From Octopus sinensis (taxonomy: Eukaryota), in NCBI RefSeq assembly GCF_006345805.1, contig NC_042997.1:175770001-175834000 (forward strand): a stretch of DNA of 64,000 nucleotides, given 5' to 3'. The notes beneath the pieces were generated by a model. The model searched no databases. It worked only from the letters and a program-made list of their open reading frames with translations, and was not told the DNA's origin. This document shows positions 1 through 11,900 of this stretch, one piece after another. The position numbers were made by a program, and so were the translations under genes. The number at the start of each line of letters is the position of its first letter. Within the stretch, counting starts at the first letter, position 1.

Positions 1-353
1 AAAGGATGAAAGGCAAAGTCAACCCTGATGGAATTTGGACTCAGAACATAATGAACTGGAAAAAATATTGATAGTATTTTGTCCCACACACGAACAATTC
101 TGCCAATTTACTACTTTAAAGATAATAATAATAATGATAATAATAGTTTTAAACTTTGGCACCAAGCCAGCAGTTCCTGGGAGGTTGCAAGTTGATTACA
201 TCAACCTCAGTGTTCAACTGGTACTTATTTTATCAACCCTGAGGATGAAAGTGAAGTCAACCTCAGCAGGATTTGAACTCAGAAAGTAAAGACAGACAAA
301 ATGCTGCTAAGCATTTTGCTGGGTCTGCTAACGATCCTACCAGCTTGCCACCC

Positions 354-387
<34 letters not shown>

Positions 388-498
388 TATGATTTAAAAT
401 TTTGGCACAAGGCAGTCGTCTCGGCAGAATTTGAACTCAAAACATAAAGATGGATGAAATGCTATTGAGCATTTTACCCGACGTGCTAACCACCTTGA

Positions 499-534
<36 letters not shown>

Positions 535-1058
535 CCTTTCTACTATAGGCACAAGGCTTGAAATTTGGAAGGAGGGACTAGTCAATTGCATCGATCCCAG
601 CACTTTATTGGTAGGATGCCCTACCTAACGCTAACCACTTACAGACTGTGATGAGTGCTTTGTATGTGGCACCAGCACCTGTATCAGTTTTGCAGTGGTG
701 GACAGGTCTTCTTGGTTCAGCAAGGCACCAGACATCTCAGTCCTTTGTCATCTTCTAAACTTAAATTACTATTATTATTGCAGTATTATATTCTGAGTTC
801 AACCTGTTCATGTTGACATTGACATTCATCATTCTAAGTGTTGATAAAATGGAGGGCAACTAAATCAATAATATCCTTCCTGCCAAAATTTTTGGTTTTG
901 TGTTTACAGTTGAGATCGTTATTAAAAATAATTTTATTTTCAATTTGTGGCATTTAGTATATCTTCTAAGGACAATATTTTTCAAATAAATTTATCTACC
1001 TGATTTAACAGACAGCTATTTCATCTAATTTATAACCTTTTATTTGTTTCCTTTATAG

Positions 1059-1190
1059 TCATTTACTATACATTCAATACTTATGTTGAACTTAAAAATT
1101 CTGGTAAAGAAAATGATTTTGGTCTCACTCCTGCATTTGCTGGCAACTTTGAGTATTACCTTGGTTTGGAACAGACCTGGTTGGCCGCTG
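1059..1190 (+). CDS. SLC44A2-like: CTL exon (IYYTFNTY...[12 protein letters not shown])
   Basis: tttatAG acceptor, GTGAGT donor; phase 1-1; resembles the CTL 'YL.L.QTWLA' segment. Confidence 0.88.
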
Positions 1191-2942
1191 GTGAGTCTTC
1201 GCTTTTTTTTACATAAAGATGCAATTGTGAATAAATTGTGTATTCTACAACATGCATGCACACACACACAAATATACACACACAGTTGCTTCAATTTAAT
1301 TCATATGCCTGAACAAATTAACTATAAGATTTTCTGTGTAAAATTAATGATTTCAACATGGTTTCAACCTTTTCAACTTACGATCTACAAATGATTTAAA
1401 TTGGAAATTAGTAGACTGCTTCTTTTTTTATTCTTAGGGCTTGGATTTCTTTTAATAGTTGCAAGTTTTTCTACTGATTCACAACATAATGCAACACAAA
1501 AATTAAAATCAGTCCTTCATTATGGACCAAATATATACATTTTCTTTTTTCTCCATTTTTATTTTTCAGGTATCATATGTTCAGTTATATTTGTGGTGTG
1601 TTTGCTTTTGCTGATATTTGTGGCTAAGAAATTGTGCCTTGCCATTGAACTCATTAAAGAAGCAAGTCGGTAAGAGGCAAAGCAGTTTCTATAATTTATT
1701 AATTGTGATATCGAAAACTAGTCATCAATAATGATAATATTCATCAACACAACCATGATGCCTCACATTTGACCCTTTAGCATTCGGATTACCTCTCGGG
1801 GCCGGTGCGCATTGATGCCGTCGAGAGGTAGGCCCCGAAACGGCACGCATTCTCTCCTGATGACCCCATACACTTGCTAGCTTCCAGTATACAGAGCTTT
1901 TAACTGGTAGCACTTGCATGTGCAAGTTGTTTGCAAGACATGTCAAATGTTAGACTTATTTATTCACATTGTTTTGAATTATTCATACATTCAAAATTTT
2001 GATAATGTGATTGCTTCTTTTTAGTGTTGAGTAGGTGTGAGAGGCCAAATCAAGCCAGTTTGAACTGAAAACATGTGGAATATTTTGGCCAGATATGACT
2101 GCCTTAAATGCTAAAGGATAAAAGAAGAAAGCTGGAATTATTACATTCATATGCTCCAAATTGTTAACTGAAACGCATAGCTGACCTGTTCTCCAAATTT
2201 TTGGTGAACTTAGAACAAGTTAATAACAATAATAGTTGTTTTTAACATGGGCACAAGGCCTGAAATATGTGATTGTGGGATTACTGATATTATTGACTCA
2301 ACTGGGCCTTAAGTTTATTGTCTCCAAAGATTGAAAGGCAAAGTTGACTTTGGCAGGGTTTGAACTCAGAATGTAAAGAGCAAGCATGTGTGGCTGTGTG
2401 GTAAGAAGCTTACTTCTCAGCCATATGGTTCCAGGTTCAGTCCCACTGCATGTCATCTTGGGCAAGTGTCTTCTACTAAAGTCTCAGGCCGACCAAAGTT
2501 GAGTGGATCTGGTAGACAGAAACTGAAAGAAGCCTGCCGCGTATATATTTACTCTTTTACTTGTTTCAGTCATTTGACTGCGGCGATGCTGGAGCACCGC
2601 CTTTAGTCGAGCAAATCGACCCCGGGACTTATTCTTTGTAAACCCAGTACTTATTCTATCGGTCTCTTTTGCCGAACCGCTAAGTGACGGGGACGTAAAC
2701 ACACCAGCATCAGTTGTCAAGCAATGCTAGGGGGACAAACACAGACACACATACATATATATATATATATACATATATACGACAGGCTTCTTTCAGTTTC
2801 CGTCTACCAAATCCACTCACAAGGCATTGGTCGGCCCGGGGCTATAGCAGAAGACACTTGTCCAAGATACCACGCAGTGGGACTGAACCCGGAACCATAT
2901 GGTTGGTTAGCAAGCTACTTACCACACAGCCACTCCAACTCG

Positions 2943-2982
<40 letters not shown>

Positions 2983-5900
2983 GTGTGTTGCAAGATTCCT
3001 GTAAAATCATGGTATTGAAATAGTTAATGTATTTTAGAATGGGTTTTTTTTTTTTTTCTTTTGATGGTGCTCCAGCATGGCCGCAGACTGTAAAACAAGT
3101 AAAAAAAAATAAAGCAATAAACACTTTTACAATTCTGCTAGATACTGTTTATTAAGGCAGAATAATATTGTGCTTAGTCAGTAGTGTGCTGACTCACAAT
3201 TTCTCTCATTAATGAAATTTAACCTCTTGAAAAGTGAGAGTGTAGAGGTTAATATTATGTGCAAAAATTGTGAAGGAGAAAAGAGGGGAAGAGGTGGTTA
3301 TGAAGGAATTAATGGAAGAGAAAAGGGAGAAAGGACAGTGAATAGTGTGGTAGGTGATGTGATAGAGCGGGAGAGGGATGGTTAAGTTTGTAGCAAAAGT
3401 CAGGTCAGTTGAAATGGGAGTAAGGTGAAGGGTAGTTAAGGCAGGGTGAAAAAGTGATGAATAAAAGAAATAATGAAATAATACATACCACAAGTAAGGA
3501 GGAGGGAATGAACTAGCAGTCTGGACAAATTGGTGAGGAAAGTAAGGAAGAGAGAGATTGGTCAGAATTGGAAAGAAAAATGCATATCGAAAGCAGTCAG
3601 ATTAATATAGTTTGTAGGAAAAGGGACACTTTGTTGAAGTAAACAAGTGCAAGAACTACGTGTTTTAGCAGCATTGTATATACAATCTTATACACAGTGT
3701 ATGCACAAATTATACACAACAATTAAGATCAAACAGTATACATGTATACATACACACACACATAACATAACATAACTCTAACAAAAGTAGAAAAGAATAT
3801 AAATAGAATGAATATATTTAAAATAGGACAACAGTGTGTTCAGCACAGTATTAGGTGCAGTGTAAGTCTTTAAAAGACTTTGTTTGTATTAAAATCTTCC
3901 GTCTTAGTTTCATATGTAAAAACCTTTAAGTTTTACTCTAAACAGCCAACTTTCATACTCAATGAATGAAAAAGTGATGATTTTTTTATTTACAATCTCT
4001 GAATTTTTTTTTTTTTTTTTCATTATTTTGAGAAATCATCATTATCAGTTAACATCCATCTTCCATGCTGGCAGGGGTTAGAGAGTTTGACTGTGGCATC
4101 AGGCTCCTTGTCTGCTTTGACATGGTTTCTATGGCTGGATGCCCCTCCTAATGCCAACCACTTGCAAGAGTGGAACTGAGGGAAGTGACAGGTTAAAGTA
4201 TAAATAGAAGGCGGCGAGCTGGCAGAATCATTAGCACACCGGGCAAAATGCTTAGCAGTATTTCGTCTGCCGCTACGTTCTGAGTTCAAATTCCGCCGAG
4301 GTTGACTTTGCCTTTCATCCTTTCAGGGTCAATAAATTAAGTACCAGTTTACGCTCTGGGGTCGATATAATCGACTTAATCCCTTTGTCTGTCCTTGTTT
4401 AGCCCCTTGTGGGTAATAAAGAAATAGGTATTTCGTCAGCCATTATGTTCTGAGTTCAAATTCCACCAAGGTCGACTTTGCCTTTCATCCTTTCGGGGTC
4501 AATAAATTAAGTACCAGTTACGCTCTGGGGTCGATATAATCGACTTAATCCCTTTGTCGGTCCTTGTTTGTCCCTTCTATGTTTAGCCCCTTGTGGGCAA
4601 TAAAGAAATAAGAAATAGATGTCATTACTAAAGAGGAGATACTTGGCTACTACAGTAGGAAGACAAATGAGAGAAAGATGGACAGTCAGCATGAGAGAGA
4701 GAAATAGATGGTGTTGGAGATGCATCAGGAGTGTGGGGACCTACCCACAAGGAACAGTGGTTGTGGAAGTATAAGTGGTATAGAGGGGGACAGTAGGGAG
4801 AGTGTAAATGAAACAAAAGTAATTGGAATATTTTGGTAGTACATTGTTATTAGAAAATAATCATATAAGGTTTAAACTGATAATTATATTTCAGTATTAG
4901 TAACAACTCTGTTAGACTACTAACTGCACAACAGTATTTTATTTCATTATGGTTATAAGTTCAACTATATACCCCCACCACTCTAAAAATTAACTTTTTG
5001 TTCACATTCAAAAAAAATTAGTATTTATTTTGCATGAGAGAAATCAGTAAGTAGAGAAGAGGAATTAATTTCATATAAATTATGAAGATACTGTTCTAAG
5101 AATTGAAGAGGAATCTGCTGTGTGTAATTATTATTTTATACCAGATTTCTTCTGCTTAACTTTAATTAAGTCAACTTCCCTGTGGTTTGTTTTCTAGGCT
5201 AGAGTTTATAAATAGGGCAAGCCTTGAAAGGCTCAGTTTGTGGTGACATTTGCCAATGAAATTGAAAGCTAGCAGGGTTCAATAGCATAATTAGGGAATG
5301 CACTAGGTGACATAGGTTCAAATATCATTCTACAATGACTACTCCACTGCCTACCACCACAACTTTATGTCCTGTTTTCCTGCCTATGCAGATCTGTATA
5401 TATTTTCACTGGAAAGCCACTGGTTAACTCCCAAGGAATTGATACTGCAGCAGGATTTTACTTCTCAGTTGATGGAGGTTCTTTCATCTCACTTAAATTG
5501 TTGATATTCATGTGAAAGACATACTGTCACAACTTCACATTTCTTTTTTTCCTAAGATTATATGGCTTTTGTGCCCAGTTACAAAGAAAGCAATATAATA
5601 AACAAATATATTGCTTGAAGATTCATTTGTTATAATTTATATTAACAGTTGAATAGATCTTGTAGTTAAATCATTTAGGTACATCATCATCATCGTTTAA
5701 CATCCATTTTCCATGCTTGCATGGGTTGGATGGTTCGACCAGGTCTGGGAAGCCAGGAGGCTGCACCAGGCTCCAGTCTGATCTGGCAGTGTTTTTACAG
5801 CTGGATGCCCTTCTTAACGCCAACCACTCCGTGAGTGTTGTGGGTGCTTTTTATGTGCCAGGGGAGGCTGGCAACGGCTACAATTGGTTGGTGCTTCTTA

Positions 5901-8900
5901 CGTGCCACCGGCACAGGTATCCAACTATAATTTCCATTTGATTTTTATTTGATGTTGATGTACTTGACTCAATAGGTCTCCTCAAGCACAGCAGGTTGCC
6001 CTACGATCCAAGGTAAGCACAGCAGGCTGTTCTGCATTCCAAGGTACTTTGGATGGGCTGGGGCTGCTATGTGAAGCTGGTGCAGGAAACAGCCATGAAC
6101 TCACATCATTTGTCGGGTCTTCGCAGTCACAGCATATCTCCAGAGATCTCGGTCTTTTGTCATTGCTTCTGTGAGGCCCAACGTTCGATGGTCATGCTTG
6201 ACCATCTCATCCCATGTCTTCTTGGGTCTACCTCTACCCCAGATTCCTTCAACTGTTTGGGAGTGGCACTTCTTCACACATCTCTCCTCATCCATCCGTT
6301 GTACATGACCATACCAGCGCAAACGTCTCTCTTGCACGCCACATCCAATGCTTCTTATGTCCAGCATTTCTCTCAGGGCACTTTGAAAGTAATTTGCTAT
6401 TTGATATATAACTGTGTTTGAATATAGCAGTTGGTCCTTTTACATAAACACTGTTAATACTTTACAAAGTTAGCTAGAAAATTTTCTACTTTCCTTGTTT
6501 CCTTGGCACCAGTGTGAACTGTCATTATTTTAATACATCTTTAAAAAAAATTTTTTTTAATTTTTTTGTAGTGCTTCAACAGCCATGATATTCACATTCA
6601 TTTGGCCATTTGTGCCATTCTTACTGGAAGCTGGAATTCTCTTTTATTGGATTACCAGTGCAATGTATCCTTTCACCATTATTTATGTTTTACCTATTTT
6701 CACTACCCGCACTCTTGAAACTCGCCCTTGTTCCATATCATTGACTTGCCTTTTATTCAATTCAATCTTGATTAAAAAATACTCAATCAAGGACCAGGCA
6801 GTGGTGTTAAACTGGGGAACAAATTATTACTTAAATAATGGTTTGTATTTTTCATTTTTAACACTATAGTGTCATCATTCATAATATTAAATAAATGGTA
6901 TGTAAACTCATCTCAAAATTTTATTTCCTTAATGAATGTAAGATATCTTGCTACCATGGGCCGACCTGAGACCTATCGTAATGTTGTCAATATTAGCCAT
7001 GGAATGAAGAATTTGTCCAGAATTCATTGTAATAACCACAATGTAAGTATTCCTTTTGTCTTAGCTAAACTATCTAAAAGATTTATCATTACCATCATCA
7101 TTTAACGTCAGTTTTCTATGCTGGCATGGGTTGGGTGGTTTGACTGGTAAGCTGAAGAGCTGCACAAGGATCCAGTCTGTTTTGGCTTGGTTTCTATGGC
7201 TGGATCATCATCATCGTTTAACGTCCGCTTTCCATGCTAGCATGGGTTGGATGATTAGACTAAGGGCTAGCGAACCAGATGGCTGCACCAGGCTCCAATC
7301 TTGATCTGGCAGAGTTTCTACAGCTGGATGCACTTCCTGACGCCAACCACTCCACAGCGTAGTAGGTGCCTTTTACATGTCACTGGCAGGGGTGCCTTTC
7401 ATGCGTCACTGGCATATGAACTTCCCTTTTGCTCCCTGCACTCCCAGTTTTTCATTTAACAGCCCAAAATGAACAAATAGTCCAAGCAGAACTATTAGTC
7501 TGTGTCATAATGATAAATTTCACATGCACATAGTTAAATAAAAGGTTATTCTAGCAAAGTGTCATCATCTTCCTCATTATTCTCATTTGATGTCCGCTTT
7601 TCTGTGCTTGCATGAGTCAGAAGAAATTTGTTGAAGCAGATTTTGTACTGCCAGATGCTCCTTCTTGTCACCAACCCATACCTGTTTCCTAGAAAGGGAA
7701 TATTTTCCCATAGTAGACTTTTTTTTTTTTTTTTTTGAAGACTCCTCTAGTATGATGATAATGCTCATTTACAACCATCATCGGATGTCTAGACAAAGGT
7801 GCACATCCACAAACATACATACAGATATATGTATGTATGTATATAATATCTGAGTAATAACCTTATAGCATGCTTTACAAAGCTCCTCAACAGGTGTTGT
7901 CATAGGGCAGGAATTCTTCTTTTACTTGATATACATTTGGAAATCCATTAGTATTTGAAGAAATTATACAAAAAAAATTATAATACAAGATGGAATGAAC
8001 AGGCTTTAATCCAAATCACTACAATTTCTGTGTATTAGTATCAGCTTCTAATTGTCAAGTGTTTCACATTTTAATGCAATAATGTGCATAACATGTGAAA
8101 CATTCAGCAATTACTAGCTGATACTAATGCACTGAAACAATTGTTGTGATTTGCATTAAAACCTGTTCATTCCATCTTCTTGTATTATATACATACAAAC
8201 ACATATATACAGAGCAGGCTTCTTTAAGTTTCCATCTACTAAATCCATTTACATGGCTTTGGTTGACCCAGGACTATAGTTGAAGACTACTTGTCCAAGG
8301 TGCCATGCAGTGGGACTGAACTCAAAACCACATCATCATCATCGTTTAACGTCCGTTCTCCATGCTTGCATGGGTTGGACAGTTCGACCGGGGATCTGGG
8401 AAGCCAGAAGGCTGCACCAGGCTCCAGTCTGATCTGGCAGTGTTTCTACAGCTGGATGCCCTTCATAACGCCAACCACTCCGTGAGTGTGGTGGGTGCTT
8501 TTTACGTGCCACCTGCACAGGTGCCAGGCGAGGCTGGCAACGGCGACTGTGTTTCTACAGCTGAATGCCCTTCCTAACGCCAACCACTCCGTGAGTGTAG
8601 TGGGTGCTTTTTACGTGCCACCTGCACAGGTGCCAGGCGAGGCTGGCAACGGCCACGATCGGATTGGTGCATTTTACGTGCCACCAGCACGGAAGCCAGT
8701 CAAGGCGACGCTGGCATCGGCCACGATTCGGATGGTACTTTTTACGTGCCACCGGCACGGAAGCCAGTGAAGGTGGTGCTGGCATCAGCCACGATTTGGA
8801 TAGTGCTTTTTACGTGCCAATGGTTGAGAAACCATACAGTTGTAGCTATTTTGTAGTTTAAATACAAAACCCAATGCAAATAGAGCTGCACTGTAAAGTG

Positions 8901-11900
8901 TAGTGAGAGCACACAATATAAAAAAGACTGTTAAAAAATTACAATGATAATGAAGCAACAGCTGTTACATGATAGCCAGAAGCATAATTATGGTGACATG
9001 ATCTTCAAACATTGTGACAGCAGCACCTAGAGCAATAACATCAGCTGAGCAAAACTGTAATTATAATTGCATTAATCTAATACACACACTCACACACATA
9101 TTTTTATACTTGTGCCCACACATAAATAAGTAAAGACCCCCTTCAGTCATGAATGACCATGGGATTGCACCTAGAAAGTTACCCTCCTAGACACAAGTCC
9201 GGGCGAGGTTGTTTATGGAAGACCAGCAGTCGCCCATGCATACCGGCCTCCCCTCTCCACGTCACCGATGTTGTCCAAGGGAAAGGCAAAGGGGCCGATA
9301 CAGCTTGGCACCAGTGATGTCGCAACTCATTTCTACAGCTGAGTGAACTGGAGCAACGTGAAATAAAGTGCCTTGCTCAAGAACACAACACGCAGCCCGG
9401 TCTGGGATTCGAGCTCACAACCTCACGATCGTAAGCTCGACGCTCTAACCACTGAGCCATGCGCCACACATAAATAGTACTGATATAATTAACTAAAACT
9501 GACTTGGCACAATTTATGAATTTAATATTTTTTTTATTTGCATAAACTACAGTACAGATACTACATATAAGTATATGAGGCAAGTGAAAGCGAAGTCGGA
9601 ATCAAACTCGATTGCGAAGACCTGTTGAGGCACGTGAAATCGAAATCAAACTCGGTGACTGGCATCTGTTGCTAGTGGAGCGCTAAGAGTACCATACGAG
9701 TGAGATCGTTGCCAGAGCAACAAACTGGCCTTCGTGCCGATGGCACGTTAAACACACCATTTGAGCATGATCATTACCTGCGTCGCCTTACTAGCACTTG
9801 TGTTGGTGGCACGTGAAAAAAAAAACAAAAACAAAAAAAAAAAACATTCGAGCAAGGTCATTGCCTGTGCCACTGGACTGGCTCCTGTGCAGGTGGCACA
9901 TAAAAAGCACCATTTGAGCGTGGCCGTTGCCAGTACCACCAAACTGGCCCTTGTGCCGGTGGCACGTAAAAGCACCCACTACACTCTTAGAGTGGTTGGT
10001 GTTAGGAAGGGCATCCAGCTGTAGAAACTCTGCCAGATCAGATTGGAGTCTGGCTCGCCAGACCTCAGTGAAATCATCCAACCCATGCTAGTATGGAAAG
10101 CAGACATTAAATGATGATGAAAAAAATGATGGGTGTGCTGAAAGTGTAACTGCTAGAGTAAGAATAGCCTGGACAAAGTTTAGAGAGCTCTTACCCCTGC
10201 TGGTGACAAAAGGCCTCTCGCTCAAAGTAAAAGGCAGACTGTATGATGCATGTGCATGTACAGCCATGCTACATGGTAGTGAAACTTGGGCTGTGACTGC
10301 TGAGGATTTGCGTAAGCTCGCAAGAAATGAAGCTAGTATGCTCCGATGGATGTGTAACGTCAGTGTTCATAATCGACAGAGTGTAAGTACCTTGAGAGAA
10401 AAGTTGAACCTAAGAAGCATCAGTTGTTGTGTGCAAGAGAGACGTTTGCGCTGGTATGGTCATGTGATGAGAATGGCTGAAGATAGTTGTGTGCGAAAGT
10501 GCCACACCCTGGCAGTTGAGGGGACCTGTGGAAGAGGTAGACCCAGGAAAACCTGGGTCGAGGTGGTGAAGCACGACCTTCGAACTTTAGGTCTCACCGA
10601 GGAAATGACTAGAGACCAAGACCTTTGGAAGTATGCTGTGTGTGAGAAAACCCGGCAAGACCAGTGAGAACAGTCAAAATCAAAATCAAACCAAATCAAT
10701 TCATATATCAGAAAGCAGAACCAAATTGAGGTCGATCAACAACTGGGAATTGCAGCTGTGGTTAAGCGAACCATCCGATCGTGGTCGTTGCCGGCGCTGC
10801 CCCGTCTAGCCTCCGTGTCGGTGGCACGTAAAAGCACCATCCGTTCGTGTCCGTTGCCAGCCTCGCCTGGCCCCCGTGCAGGTGACACGTGAAAGCACCA
10901 TCTGTTCGTGTTCGTTGCCAGCCTCGCCTGGCCCCCGTGCCGGTGACACGTAAAAGCACCATCCGTTCGTGGCCATTTGCCAGCTCTGTCTGGCCCCCGT
11001 GCCGGTGACACGTAAAAGCACCATCCGTTCGTGGCCGTTTGCCAGCCCTGTCTGGCCCCCGTGCCAGTGACACGTAAAAGCACCATCCGTTAGTGGCTGT
11101 TTGCCAGCTCTGTCTGGCACGTAAAAAGCACCCAATACACTCACGGAGTGGTTGGCATTAGGAAGGGCATCCAGCCGTAGAAACACTGCCAGATCTGACT
11201 GGGCCTGATGAAGCCTTCCAGCTTCACAGACCCCAGTTGAACCTTCCAACCCATGCTAGCATGGAAAACGGACGCTAAATGATGATGATGATGATATAAA
11301 ACCACCATCATCATTTAACATCCATTTACCATGCTGGTATGAGTTTACATATATATGTGTGTGTGTGTATGTATGTATGTACTTCAATTAGTATATTTTT
11401 TATTGTAAACCTTGAATTATTTTCTTTATGTTTTACATTGTCTTGGTTTTCTTTCAATACCTTTAGGGTAAATTCGTTGAGGATATGTGTGACTTTGTTC
11501 ACTATGGTGATAGCAAGTAAGTTTAAACCAATTTTTCATTTTATTTGGGATATTCAACCTATTTAAACCAATATCTTGCTCAATTCTGTAATGGGTTGTT
11601 TTTTTTTTGTGTAATTTATTCTCAAATTTTGCATAAGTTCCCATTCATTGTGATGGAGAATTTTTGTTTTTTATTGTTAAGCTCATTGATAATGTTTTTG
11701 TCAAGCCCTGCATTTCAGATAATTCCATGTCTCACTAGATGCATTTTTCTTGTTTAAGTTATATTTATGGGCTTAGACTGGATTTGAACTCACTAACCAG
11801 CTTTAGAACATGTAGCACCGGATGATGTACATTTGAAACCGTTTTTTTTTTTTTTTCACCTTAACATAACAGGAAAAACAAGCTCAATTATCTAAATTAT

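Noticed and set aside
9395-9470. tRNA-like sequence (also 35295-35366, 51150-51222)
   Set aside because: These are SINE heads that continue into SINE bodies; no proper acceptor stem
9700-11135. CRISPR-like repeat/spacer appearance of GGTGGCACGTAAAAGCACC arrays
   Set aside because: The 'spacers' are homologous to each other, there are no cas genes, the context is eukaryotic, and the arrays are part of an RTE 3'UTR
11200-11235. CTGATGA in the RTE terminus as a hammerhead core
   Set aside because: No GAAA follows the hairpin, and other copies read CTGGTGCA
8362-11249. Overlapping ORFs such as [12 protein letters not shown] / [10 protein letters not shown] repeats
   Set aside because: By-products of GC-rich tandem units in retroposon 3'UTRs, mostly antisense, with no domain signal
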